Positions 1 through 8,525 of a stretch of 43,151 nt of DNA are shown here, one piece after another; the first letter of the stretch is position 1; every line of letters begins with the position of its first letter. This stretch comes from Deltaproteobacteria bacterium (GTDB lineage Bacteria > JAUYMQ01): NCBI GenBank assembly GCA_030698575.1, contig JAUYMQ010000519.1, positions 1 through 43,151 on the forward strand, in the 5' to 3' direction. A program made the translations under genes and the position numbers. Under the pieces are notes generated by a model. The model made no database searches. It worked only from the letters and a program-made list of their open reading frames with translations, and was not told where the DNA came from.

Positions 1-821
1 GTCGCCAGAATCGCGCCGCCCACGCCGGTCGTGTTACCCAATCCGCCGGTGATCGTGACACCACCACCCGCGCCGGTCGCTTCGCCCGCTGCGCCGCCCA
101 CCAGGGACGCCACACCGCCCGTGCCGGAGCCCATGCTGCCCCCACCCGTGACGCTCGCCAGACCGCCCGCCGAATCCCCATCGGTGGCCGCCCCGCCTGC
201 AAGGACCATCGCCCCGCCTGCGCCGGAAGTCGCCCCACCCGCGCCGCCAGTGACCGCGATCGCGCCACCCACGCCGGTCGCGCCGCCCGCGCCGCCCACC
301 AGGGACGCCGCACCGCCCGCCGCGCTGCCCGCGCCGGCACCGCCTGTCGCGCTGATAAGCCCGCCCGCACGGTTTCCACCGCCGGCCGCACCACCCGCCA
401 TGACGGCCGCGCCGCCCACGGCATCGTTACCACCCGCCCCGCCCGTGACGGCAATCGCGCCGCCCGCGCCGGTCGTATTCCCTGCCCCGCCGATCAGCTT
501 GGCCGCCCCACCAACGCCCGTGGCCGCGCTGCCCGCGCCACCCGTGACCGTCGCCACACCGCCCGTGCCGGACCCGGTGGACGCCCCACCGGTCACATCG
601 ACCGCGCCGCCCGCCGTGGCGCCCGCCGAGGCCGCACCACCGATAAGTTTGGCCGCACCACCCGCGCCGGAGCTCGATCCGCCCGCGCCGCCAGTAACCG
701 TGACCGCACCGCCAATGCCGGTTGCGCCGCCAACGCCGGGTGTGATACCCAGCGCCTCTCCGGCGCCCGAGCCGCTACCCGCGGCGGTCTTGATGTCGAG
801 AACAGTGATGATGACGGACAT
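1..821 (-). CDS. Glycine/alanine-rich repeat structural protein, N-terminal part (ORF runs off the left edge)
   Basis: Hand translation of the minus strand. The ATG at 821-819 has AAGGAA 6 nt upstream. The product starts MSVIITVLDIKTAAGSGSGAGEALGITPGV, followed by at least 14 tandem 16-17 aa units such as GGAVTVTGGAGGSSSGA, GGAAKLIGGAASAGATA and GGAIAVTGGAGGNDAV. The frame is open for 273 codons down to position 3. It is missing from the ORF track because there is no in-window stop. The track shows only its antisense shadow, 31..978. Confidence 0.75.
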   Translation of the reverse strand, partial: MSVIITVLDIKTAAGSGSGAGEALGITPGVGGATGIGGAVTVTGGAGGSSSGAGGAAKLIGGAASAGATAGGAVDVTGGASTGSGTGGVATVTGGAGSAATGVGGAAKLIGGAGNTTGAGGAIAVTGGAGGNDAVGGAAVMAGGAAGGGNRAGGLISATGGAGAGSAAGGAASLVGGAGGATGVGGAIAVTGGAGGATSGAGGAMVLAGGAATDGDSAGGLASVTGGGSMGSGTGGVASLVGGAAGEATGAGGGVTITGGLGNTTGVGGAILA

Positions 822-845
822 AGAATGTTCCTTGCGAAAAAATTA

Positions 846-1061
846 CTACGATGGCCAATTCACAACGCGAAGCTCGCCGTCAACGGTCACACCCCCGTCG
901 ATGGTGAAACTCGAAAAAAGAGCGATCTGCGTATTCGTCGCCACGGTCAAAAACCGGGCAGTCGGCACGGTCGAATAGTTCGCGGCCAGACCCAGGAATT
1001 CGTCTACCTGTCCCTGCTCCGCATTGACCTGCGCCAAACCCCCCGGAAATGTCCGAGCCAT
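846..1061 (-). CDS. Hypothetical small structural-module protein (71 aa)
   Basis: ORF track. The ATG has GGGGGA upstream. It is tightly packed between the 167-aa gene (stop at 1071) and the Gly-rich gene (start at 821). Confidence 0.55.
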   Translation of the reverse strand: MARTFPGGLAQVNAEQGQVDEFLGLAANYSTVPTARFLTVATNTQIALFSSFTIDGGVTVDGELRVVNWPS

Positions 1062-1070
1062 GAATCCCCC

Positions 1071-1574
1071 TTACAACACGAATTCCACGCGCATCGCGAT
1101 CGTGCCTGCACCCGTGCCCGCGGTGACTGCCGTCAGGCAAATGTCGTACTCGGTGTGCGGATCGGCCGCGAGGCCCAGCAACTCCCACACCCGCTTCTCG
1201 ATATCCGCGATGTCGGTCTGGTCGAACGTCACCTCGACCGGCACCGTGTTCCCTGAACTGAAATCCAGCGCGTCGCCGAACAGGTTGTCGTCCACCACCG
1301 CGCCCTGCCCGGTGTAGGCCGGCTTGTAGAGGCCCAGGTTGTAATCCGTGCCGCCGGCTATTGCGTCTGACAGCAGCTCAATCTTGTGAACGCGCGCCCC
1401 CGAAGAGATGCGCACCAGCCGATACACCGAGGTGTCGTCGTCGGCGGCCGCTACTTCAACCTTGCCAACCGCTATCTTGGCGTCACCCCGCTCAATCCAG
1501 CTTTGCGTGTAGGCGCGGGGCTGCGTCTCGTCGGCGTTGGTGATTGCCGTGGATTTCGTATTGACAATGGACAT
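1071..1574 (-). CDS. Putative capsid decoration/cement-like protein, paralog A (167 aa)
   Basis: ORF track. Clearly paralogous to 1781..2293 (shared GAVVDxxxF, LWExxGLxADP, TxGTGA blocks). Position just downstream of the major capsid gene suggests a capsid accessory role, but this is an inference. Confidence 0.65.
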   Translation of the reverse strand: MSIVNTKSTAITNADETQPRAYTQSWIERGDAKIAVGKVEVAAADDDTSVYRLVRISSGARVHKIELLSDAIAGGTDYNLGLYKPAYTGQGAVVDDNLFGDALDFSSGNTVPVEVTFDQTDIADIEKRVWELLGLAADPHTEYDICLTAVTAGTGAGTIAMRVEFVL

Positions 1575-1580
1575 GCGCGC

Positions 1581-1769
1581 TTACGCCGGAGCGTCACCCT
1601 TCTCGATGTAGTTGCGAATCGCCTCGATGCCGTTCAGCATTTCCTGCTTGGTCATGCCGGTGCCCGTCTCGATCCGCAACTCGATCGCCTCGCCCGACGT
1701 GGACGTGTCAGTGGTCACTTGGGAGTCGTCCTGCTCCCCGTGGACCACACTCCAAAAAGTGTCAGCCAT
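1581..1769 (-). CDS. Hypothetical protein (62 aa, acidic)
   Basis: Internal ATG of track ORF 1581..2129 (MADTFWSVVHGEQDD...), with a G-rich SD upstream. It starts 12 nt after the stop of the upstream gene. Confidence 0.5.
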   Translation of the reverse strand: MADTFWSVVHGEQDDSQVTTDTSTSGEAIELRIETGTGMTKQEMLNGIEAIRNYIEKGDAPA

Positions 1770-1780
1770 GAGGCCCCCCG

Positions 1781-2293
1781 CTACGCGACGTAGCTGGCGT
1801 CGAGCTTCACCGCGCCGGTGCCGGTCGTGACATCGGTCGTGACCACGGTCAGCGCCAGGTCGAGCGTGCCGCCCGGATCGGCGGACAGCCCGGCCGCTTC
1901 CCACAACGGCTGCATCTGCTTCGCAGTCGTGTTGGTCGTGGACTCGTTCAGCACGTCGGTCTTGACAACCGCCGAGGCGCAGTCCACGGCGGACGCGAAA
2001 AAGTCCTGGTCCACCACCGCGCCGCCATCGTCGTTGTTCCGATACACGCCGATGTCGAACTTGCCGGCGGTCTGCGCGGCCGACTGGAAGTACAGGTCGG
2101 TGATGACCGCGTTCGACGGCACCTCGCACATGCGGATGATCGAGGTGATCGACAGCGACGCCGGGACCGAAGCCAGGTAGCCCGACACGTGCTTCTTGAG
2201 GCCCTGCCCGCCAGCCCCCGGATTGGAAAGCGTCGGGGGCGAAGCTTCGCGCGCGGTGATCGAGACGGATTTGAGAGTGAGATCGATAGCCAT
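1781..2293 (-). CDS. Putative capsid decoration/cement-like protein, paralog B (170 aa)
   Basis: ORF track. GGGGG SD upstream. Starts 13 nt after the capsid gene stop. Paralog of 1071..1574. Confidence 0.65.
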   Translation of the reverse strand: MAIDLTLKSVSITAREASPPTLSNPGAGGQGLKKHVSGYLASVPASLSITSIIRMCEVPSNAVITDLYFQSAAQTAGKFDIGVYRNNDDGGAVVDQDFFASAVDCASAVVKTDVLNESTTNTTAKQMQPLWEAAGLSADPGGTLDLALTVVTTDVTTGTGAVKLDASYVA

Positions 2294-2305
2294 GTGTACC
2301 CCCGA

Positions 2306-3202
2306 TTACGCGCGATACGATTCGATGTTGAACACCTTCTCTTCGTCGAGCCGGGTCGCACCGATCGTGATGTAGACGTAGGCTTGCCAGGGTTCGCCCT
2401 GCAAGTCGTTACGCTTGGAAATGCTGGTCTGCACGTCGTTCCAGAGGCCCAGGTGCATACCGGACTTCGCCCACACCGGCACGTTGACTTCGTTCGTCCC
2501 CGTGGCGACCGACTCGATCAGCTCACAGTAGATGAAGTTCATGCCGAGAAAGCGTTCCAGCTTGCCCTCGCGCAGTACGGGCATATCGGCGCCCGAGTAG
2601 TCGCGGTTTGAAATCTGGATTTCCTTCAGCAGCGCCGACTCGTCCTTGGCGGTGAGCCCAACGTAGATCGGATCTTCGTCCGGATCGATGTGCTTCGACC
2701 GAATGAGTTCCTTGACCGAGTGCAACTTCTGCACGTTCAGCCGGGAATTCGACCCGCCCACAGCCACGTCAACCTCGTTACCGGCGGTGAAGCTGGTGTT
2801 GGACGCACCCGCAACGCCGGTTTTCGCCGTCGCCTGGAACGCCGTGATGATGACGTTGTCCATCTTGCGGCCGGCCGCGAACACCGCGTTCTGAACGTAC
2901 TGCGATTCCGGGTCCGTCAGCATGCGCAACTTGTCGAACTTGTCGATCAGTTGCGGCAGATCGTAGTCGGTGGGGAAAACCCAACGCCGAGCGGTCGCCG
3001 CGTCAATACGGGGCATCGCGCCGAAGCGGGTCGTGACTTGCTGCATTTCCACCGAGTCGATCTGATCGACCGGGGACGCCTGATCGCCGACGTACGAACC
3101 GACGGTGACGGCGCCGCGCAGCTTGCTTCCCTTTTGCTGCAGAAGCAATTGGACGTTCGTGGAATACTCACGAACGTAATGGGTGGGGAGATTGACGGAC
3201 AT
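2306..3202 (-). CDS. Major capsid protein (HK97-fold type, BPP-1/epsilon15-like podovirus family by eye)
   Basis: Track ORF 2306..3256. I prefer the internal ATG at 3202 (MSVNLPTHYVREY...) because GGAGGG lies 4 nt upstream. The size (~298 aa) and position after the scaffold gene are typical. Confidence 0.8.
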   Translation of the reverse strand: MSVNLPTHYVREYSTNVQLLLQQKGSKLRGAVTVGSYVGDQASPVDQIDSVEMQQVTTRFGAMPRIDAATARRWVFPTDYDLPQLIDKFDKLRMLTDPESQYVQNAVFAAGRKMDNVIITAFQATAKTGVAGASNTSFTAGNEVDVAVGGSNSRLNVQKLHSVKELIRSKHIDPDEDPIYVGLTAKDESALLKEIQISNRDYSGADMPVLREGKLERFLGMNFIYCELIESVATGTNEVNVPVWAKSGMHLGLWNDVQTSISKRNDLQGEPWQAYVYITIGATRLDEEKVFNIESYRA

Positions 3203-3432
3203 AGAGCCCTCCAAGAATCGAAAAACGAATTTTTCGAAGGGCTTGCCCGTTGACACGGGGCCGACTTCTTCGCCAATACAGACCTGGCGCGAGTCGCAGT
3301 ACTATTCACTGCCGTCAACCGGACTGCGAACGCAGCTTCCCGGTAAACCGTCCTGGTCCCGCCGGGTTCCCTTTGCAGGCCCGGCGGAATTCAAGATATT
3401 GCGATTATCCGCCGCGGTTGCGGAAATGTCAA

Positions 3433-4308
3433 CTACAGCACCGTGTCGCCCGGATACGCCAATTGGTGCAGCTTCTTCATCTCGGCGCGCGCCTCGGAAT
3501 CCCCCGTCGCAAACCGCTTGACAAAGCTCTTGTCCTCGCGCAACGCCGCGATCCGCGCCTTGGCCGCCTCGGGCGTGCTGAACGACGTAGCGCCAGGCTT
3601 ACCATCCCCGGTGACGAAATCGCCCTCCACGCCCAGCTTCGAGCCGATCGAGTGCATGAACTTCATCGCGCCCGAAGGCCCCATGACTTCCTTCAGCGCC
3701 CGGAGCTGATCCTCGGTCATGCCGAAGGTTTTCGCCGCAGCATCGACCACCTTCACGTTGTCATCGAACTTCGGACCCCAATCGGTTTTTAGCGCCTTGC
3801 CGGCCTCGACCTCGGCGGCGGCGCGAACATCGGCCGCCTTCCTCGTCTCGTCGACGACGTAGGCGTTCCACTTCTCAGCGACACCGCGAGCCGCCTTGCC
3901 CGACACCCCGAACTCGTGGAACCAGTTGGCTGCGACTTCGTGAAAGCCGCTCTTGTCCCCCTCGGGCACCGGTAGGCCGTAATCCTTAGCCTCTTTCGGG
4001 CGGCCCATCTTCTCGTAGACCGGCGCCCACGACTCAGGCTTGTCGTCTTTTGGCAGCCGCACGATCTGGTCGGCCGGCACGCCCAGCAGTTTCTCCTGGT
4101 TGAGCGCGGTCTGGGCAAGCGCCGCGGGATCCTTGAACCCCTTGGCCGTCACCCAGGTTCGCACCCCCTCGTCGGTGATGCCCGTGTTCCAGTCGAATGC
4201 GGCAGGCGCGCCGGCCCCGCCAGCCCCCGTTGCGCCCGCGCCCGTACCGTCCGACCCTGTGGCGCCCGCGCCGTCCCCGGCACCCTGTCCCGCGCCTGCT
4301 TCAGCCAT
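3433..4308 (-). CDS. Scaffolding protein
   Basis: Track ORF 3433..4326, taking the ATG at 4308 (MAEAGAGQGAG...). It has a Gly/Ala-rich N-terminus followed by a helical, charged body. It lies between portal and capsid. Confidence 0.65.
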   Translation of the reverse strand: MAEAGAGQGAGDGAGATGSDGTGAGATGAGGAGAPAAFDWNTGITDEGVRTWVTAKGFKDPAALAQTALNQEKLLGVPADQIVRLPKDDKPESWAPVYEKMGRPKEAKDYGLPVPEGDKSGFHEVAANWFHEFGVSGKAARGVAEKWNAYVVDETRKAADVRAAAEVEAGKALKTDWGPKFDDNVKVVDAAAKTFGMTEDQLRALKEVMGPSGAMKFMHSIGSKLGVEGDFVTGDGKPGATSFSTPEAAKARIAALREDKSFVKRFATGDSEARAEMKKLHQLAYPGDTVL

Positions 4309-4406
4309 GGCTGTTGACCTTTTCAAAAAATAATGGGAGAATCACAATCTTCATGGTGCGTTCTCCTGTGTAGGCTATTTCCCCCGGGGTCAACTCGGGG
4401 GATTTT

Positions 4407-4577
4407 TTATTCCTCGCCAAAATCCATTATCTCGCACAGCGCAATCATCACTTCTCGGCGTACATACTCCTTGATTGCCTCCCCCGGTGTATCTGTGTGC
4501 TTGTGCGCCCGGTTGTAACCTAACGCCACACCCTCGTCCACCGCGCGCTCAACCACGGTGTAGGCTTTGATTCTCAT
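4407..4577 (-). CDS. Hypothetical small protein (56 aa)
   Basis: Track ORF 4407..4601, taking the ATG at 4577 (MRIKAYTVVERAV...). The upstream gene stop is 1 nt away (TAATATG). Local GC is lower. Confidence 0.5.
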   Translation of the reverse strand: MRIKAYTVVERAVDEGVALGYNRAHKHTDTPGEAIKEYVRREVMIALCEIMDFGEE

Positions 4578-4578
4578 A

Positions 4579-4857
4579 TTATTTTTCACGATCAACACCA
4601 CCGTATAGCCGGTAGAGTTCGGCCGTCGTCAAGTTGAGATGCTGCTGAATCCGCAGCCATGTCTCGCGCCGACCATCCAGGCGTGCGGCAACGTAGGGGT
4701 CGGCGTGCGCGGTCGATCGGTTGGCCCGGCAGAACCGCGCCAAGTCCGCCAGCACCACCCGAACATCCCGATTTGCCGGATTGAATGCGCGCCGGTACGC
4801 CAGTGCGCGCGACGTAAGAAACTGCAACGTCCTCTCGTACAGGTCAACGAGCGCCAC
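4579..4857 (-). CDS. Hypothetical protein (92 aa)
   Basis: Track ORF 4579..4950. The N-terminal Arg-rich part overlaps the portal 3-prime end, so I prefer the GTG at 4857 (VALVDLYERTLQFL...). Confidence 0.5.
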   Translation of the reverse strand: MALVDLYERTLQFLTSRALAYRRAFNPANRDVRVVLADLARFCRANRSTAHADPYVAARLDGRRETWLRIQQHLNLTTAELYRLYGGVDREK

Positions 4858-6496
4858 CGGCCGGCATCCCCGCCTGTTTTGCGACGGACGCCATCGCGGG
4901 CGCCGCGTCCACCATCTGCTGCTCGGCGCGCGCCTGCGCCCGACCATCACGAATCGCCTTGACCTGCTCGGCGGAATTTTGCCACCGGGTCGGCACCGCC
5001 TGAATATCCATGATCGCGGGCACCGCCTCGTCGAAGTTGATGTGATCCAGCGGGCTCGGGTCCTGCGTGATGTTGATGGCCTGCGTCAACCAGTCCACCG
5101 TGCGGAAAAGCCCGGCGGCATTCTCGGCCTTCTGCGCCCGGGACAGCGGAGAGTCGTACTCGATCTGATACTCGCCCTGGGCGTCACGTAGCATCGGCGG
5201 CATCGGCGGCAGTAGTCCCTGCTGCGCCAGCACGTCAAGCTCGCGCTCGATCAGCGGCCCCAGGAACTCGGATTGCTGCCGGCCCATCGTCGGCGACAAG
5301 AGCATCCCCTTCTCACGAGTGCGCTCGAGCACCTCGGTCGCGGTCATCTGCGGAGTCTCGACGAGAATCTGGAACAGCGTAATCAAGAACGCATCGTTGA
5401 TGGTGAACCGCTCGGCGTCCATCATCTCGCGGGCAAGCGCCAAATTACCCACCGGCAACGCATGCACCAACAGCTTGCCCTCGTCCGTGACACCACCGGC
5501 ATTGACCGCCCCGGGCTTCAGACTGAGCGTGTCAACCACCCCGTCGTCGTGCGCAAGCAGCACCGGATCGACAGCCCTGTGACCCTGCTTCAGCACCGTG
5601 CGCTTCTCTTCGTTCAGGGTCTTGATCGCGGGCAGCGCCAGCATGGCAGGACTGCGCCCATAGAGCTCGCCCGGCGCCTGCACATAGCGCCCAATCGGGT
5701 ACGGGAAGGTGTTGTACCCCTCTTCCTTCACCGTCACCTTCTCTTCGAAGTTGACGTACTCGGAGGCGAAGGCCATGCCCGCCAGATCGTACCGACCGGC
5801 GTCATAATCCTCGCGCGGCTTCACGCAATGCACGAACCAGAATTCTTTGTCCTGGTCGGCGGGCTTGTCGCTCGCCAGCGCGGTCTTGATCTTGCTCGGC
5901 AGCCGCTCTTCGCCGAACCATTGTCGGGCCTGGCGCGCGGTCAGCGGGAACTTACGAAACGCCGTGTCGATGATCCCCTGATGATTCTCGATAAAGAAAA
6001 TCTCGCCCAGGTGGATCGACCGATACCGGATGCCCCCCTGCTTCAACTTGTCGACGAAAAGCGTGCCGGTGCCGAACGCCCCGAGCGATTGATACCCCTC
6101 GAACGCCTGTGCGGCAAAATTGGCCCGCGGAGCGTACCGGTAGTTGAACAGGATGTCGGTCGCATCCTCAAACCACAGGCGCGTCATCCGGTTCTTGAGC
6201 AGCGCCCGGTCGGTCGGCACCAGCCGATGCCAGCGCGACGAACGCGGCGTCAACATCGACTCCATCACACTCGCGAACTTGGGCAACGCCAAAGCCGCGG
6301 TCGCGTCCACCATGTCCTCGGTGCGCTTCTCGCCCTGCGAGCGCGTCATACCCTGCGACGTAAACGACCCAGAGTAGTTGGGTAGAACGCGCTTGGCGAT
6401 CTCTTCCCAATGCGATTCCCAATTCCCGCGCAGGCCGACGGCGTGCTCGAACCGCCGAATGATGCCCTCGGCCGCGGAATCGGTGACCATCGGCAT
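4844..6496 (-). CDS. Portal (head-to-tail connector) protein
   Basis: ORF track, 550 aa. Position between terL and scaffold. By eye the sequence resembles T7-type head-tail connector family members. Confidence 0.8.
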   Translation of the reverse strand: MPMVTDSAAEGIIRRFEHAVGLRGNWESHWEEIAKRVLPNYSGSFTSQGMTRSQGEKRTEDMVDATAALALPKFASVMESMLTPRSSRWHRLVPTDRALLKNRMTRLWFEDATDILFNYRYAPRANFAAQAFEGYQSLGAFGTGTLFVDKLKQGGIRYRSIHLGEIFFIENHQGIIDTAFRKFPLTARQARQWFGEERLPSKIKTALASDKPADQDKEFWFVHCVKPREDYDAGRYDLAGMAFASEYVNFEEKVTVKEEGYNTFPYPIGRYVQAPGELYGRSPAMLALPAIKTLNEEKRTVLKQGHRAVDPVLLAHDDGVVDTLSLKPGAVNAGGVTDEGKLLVHALPVGNLALAREMMDAERFTINDAFLITLFQILVETPQMTATEVLERTREKGMLLSPTMGRQQSEFLGPLIERELDVLAQQGLLPPMPPMLRDAQGEYQIEYDSPLSRAQKAENAAGLFRTVDWLTQAINITQDPSPLDHINFDEAVPAIMDIQAVPTRWQNSAEQVKAIRDGRAQARAEQQMVDAAPAMASVAKQAGMPAGGAR

Positions 6497-6726
6497 TACG
6501 CGCCCGCCCCGAGAAGAACTTTCCTGGCGGACTTCGACTCTTCCTCATCCAGCCCACCAAGGCCGGTCAGCACGGTGGACGCACGGCCCCTGCCTGATCG
6601 CCGGCGCCGCTCATCCTCGGCCGCCTTCGTCACCGTCTCATCGGAGATAGCCGGTGCAGGCGGGGGTGCGGGCGGGGGCGTCGGCGCGCTACCGCCAAGA
6701 CCAAACGCCTTCGTTATGAAACCCAT
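6496..6726 (-). CDS. Hypothetical small protein (76 aa, Pro/Ala-rich then basic)
   Basis: ORF track. GAGGT SD 6 nt upstream. Its stop overlaps the portal start. Confidence 0.5.
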   Translation of the reverse strand: MGFITKAFGLGGSAPTPPPAPPPAPAISDETVTKAAEDERRRRSGRGRASTVLTGLGGLDEEESKSARKVLLGAGA

Positions 6727-6759
6727 GCGAATACCTCACGCCATTGTGAACTCAACATT

Positions 6760-8307
6760 CTACTCTCCGTGCATATTTTCTTCAACGCCGTCGGCGATCC
6801 GCGACCGGCGCATACCCCGGCGACCACGCGAGGCAGCATCGCGCCGAGAAACCTTGGTGGCGAAAGTCAACGCCAGGGCGTCGCCATCGTCCGGACTGTC
6901 CAAACCCCGCTCGCGCAAATCCTCTTTGCTCTCGAGCTTGATACGCTCATTCGCCTTGCCGACCCGCCGCTTCTCGCGGGAAATCAGGTCGCGCTCGAGC
7001 GCCGGGTCATTGTCGATCGCCCCGCTCGGCAGCCACCCCTTCATGTCCGCCCACATCTCAGTCGCCTTGTCGTCCCACTGCGGATCGCTCGACGCCGAGC
7101 CAAACATGATTTCGTGAACCTTGTACCCCTTGTCCTTCAGGATGTCGCAGATCGCCCCGCCCAGGTCGCCGCCGTCGATGTTCACGCAATCGGGATCCTC
7201 GTCGTTGATCGCCTGCGCGATCCAGTCAGCGAGCTTCACCGAATCGCGCTCCATGCAGCGCCGGGGCGGCAGGCTGCGGCCATCGCGACCCTTGCGGAAA
7301 CGGATCACGCTCTTGTCCTTTCGGCCGCGGGAAAGGTCTACGCCCATGATGAGCGCCGCGCCCATGTCAAGGGCCACCTCCCGCTCACGCGCCCCCTGCA
7401 CATACTCGGCCGGGATGAACTGCATGTCGCCCTGATTGGGAAACTGCCCGTAGACCTCGACCCGGGCCTCGTCGGAATCCGGGCCGTGCATGTCGATGAT
7501 CTTCTGATACCGATTCGGGTCGGTGCCTTCTACGGTACGCGCATCCAGGCATCGCCGCCGCCACATCCGCGCGAACTTGTGGTGCGTATCGTAGAAGGCG
7601 CCGGAGTTGCGCCGGCCGTTCGAGAACACGAACCAGAAGCGATCCAGCACGGGCTCGGTGAAAAACCCCTCGCAAACCGTCCAGATCGGGGGCGGGATGC
7701 CGCTCGCCTCGTCCATCAGCAGCATCAGCCCGTGCGGGTTGTGCGCCCCGGCGAAGGCGTCAGGCGCCTCTTCGCGCCAAAGCTGCGCCTGGGCGTAGTA
7801 GTAGCCGGTGTCGATCTTCAAATCGCGCTTCACCGCCTCGGCAAACCACGCCTGCGGGCGCAGCGATGTTGCCTGATAATCGAACCAGTGCTCGTTGATG
7901 GAGAGCGTGTGCCACTTGCCCACCTCCGGCCATGTGCGCGAACGCAGTTGGGGCTCGCCGTTCGCCGTCACGATGACCGTCGAGCCGATGCGGGTCGTGG
8001 CGAACCAGTGCACCAACCAACTGACCTCCGCGGACTTGCCGGGTCCGCGGCCGGAAACGGTGGATTTCTGGAACACTTCGGGCAACTGGTCGAGCGCGAG
8101 GCGGCCTTTGTTGTCCTTGATGTGCTGGCTGATTTCGTCCAAGTCCTCCGCTTGCCACTTGCGGGGGCCGTTGATGCCGGCTAGAGGCGTGTTTGCCTTG
8201 CCCCAGGGGTAGACGTAGCGCACGAAGGCGAGCAAGTCGTCAGTGATCGCGGGCGTCCACAGGTCGCGCATCAGTTCTTGCTCTTGCTGGGGAGAGTGCT
8301 TCATCAT
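6760..8307 (-). CDS. terL: Terminase large subunit
   Basis: ORF track, 515 aa. Has a Walker A-like VSGRGPGKSAE and a C-terminal nuclease-like region. Position upstream of the portal. Confidence 0.88.
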   Translation of the reverse strand: MMKHSPQQEQELMRDLWTPAITDDLLAFVRYVYPWGKANTPLAGINGPRKWQAEDLDEISQHIKDNKGRLALDQLPEVFQKSTVSGRGPGKSAEVSWLVHWFATTRIGSTVIVTANGEPQLRSRTWPEVGKWHTLSINEHWFDYQATSLRPQAWFAEAVKRDLKIDTGYYYAQAQLWREEAPDAFAGAHNPHGLMLLMDEASGIPPPIWTVCEGFFTEPVLDRFWFVFSNGRRNSGAFYDTHHKFARMWRRRCLDARTVEGTDPNRYQKIIDMHGPDSDEARVEVYGQFPNQGDMQFIPAEYVQGAREREVALDMGAALIMGVDLSRGRKDKSVIRFRKGRDGRSLPPRRCMERDSVKLADWIAQAINDEDPDCVNIDGGDLGGAICDILKDKGYKVHEIMFGSASSDPQWDDKATEMWADMKGWLPSGAIDNDPALERDLISREKRRVGKANERIKLESKEDLRERGLDSPDDGDALALTFATKVSRRDAASRGRRGMRRSRIADGVEENMHGE

Positions 8308-8357
8308 CGATATGTAAAAGGCTACAAAAAATAAAGATTTTTGCGTGGCGGATGGGG

Positions 8358-8372
8358 TTGCGAAAATCGCAA
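8358..8372. promoter_or_regulatory. Perfect 6-3-6 palindrome TTGCGA-AAA-TCGCAA in the terS-terL intergenic gap
   Basis: Read directly from the sequence. It lies about 50-65 nt upstream of the terL start in an AT-rich tract. Confidence 0.35.
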
Positions 8373-8403
8373 TAAGTTGTTGAAATTATTAAAAAATTTT
8401 ATA

Positions 8404-8464
8404 GGAGTAGCACGGGGCGCTTGCGCCACTCCCCTACAACATGGCGGGCGGCGGAAATCCGCCC
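8404..8464 (-). terminator. Two GC-rich hairpins followed (on the minus strand) by an A/T tract; possible attenuator or terminator between terS and terL
   Basis: First hairpin: GGGCGG(8446-8451)/CCGCCC(8459-8464). Second hairpin: GGAGT(8404-8408)/ACTCC(8428-8432) with an inner GGCGC-TT-GCGCC. The minus-strand RNA then reads UAUAAAAUUUUUU. The U-run does not directly abut the stem. Confidence 0.3.
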
Positions 8465-8525
8465 CCACCCCCACCCGGCGCCCCCCGGTCGCGCCTGGCC
8501 GACCGCACCACCAAATAAACTCGAG

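Noticed and set aside
31-978. 315-aa plus-strand ORF rich in Pro/Ala (PPAP...), superficially like an extensin or PE/PPE-type protein
   Set aside because: It is the antisense shadow of the Gly-rich minus-strand gene (GGN codons read as NCC). The minus frame has a proper SD/ATG at 821, fits the operon, and ends in a non-repetitive domain at the other window edge.
4381-4408. Hairpin CCCCCG-9 nt-CGGGGG followed by TTTTTT, which looks like an intrinsic terminator
   Set aside because: The T-run is on the plus strand, where no credible gene lies upstream. On the transcribed (minus) strand the hairpin is preceded by A's rather than followed by U's. It is not a terminator for the late operon, though it might block antisense transcription.
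5273-8184. Long plus-strand ORFs (5273..6385, 370 aa; 6769..8184, 471 aa) opposite the portal and terminase genes
   Set aside because: These are Arg/Leu/His-rich low-complexity translations with no motifs. Such antisense open frames are typical of high-GC coding DNA. The minus-strand products carry recognisable portal and terminase features.
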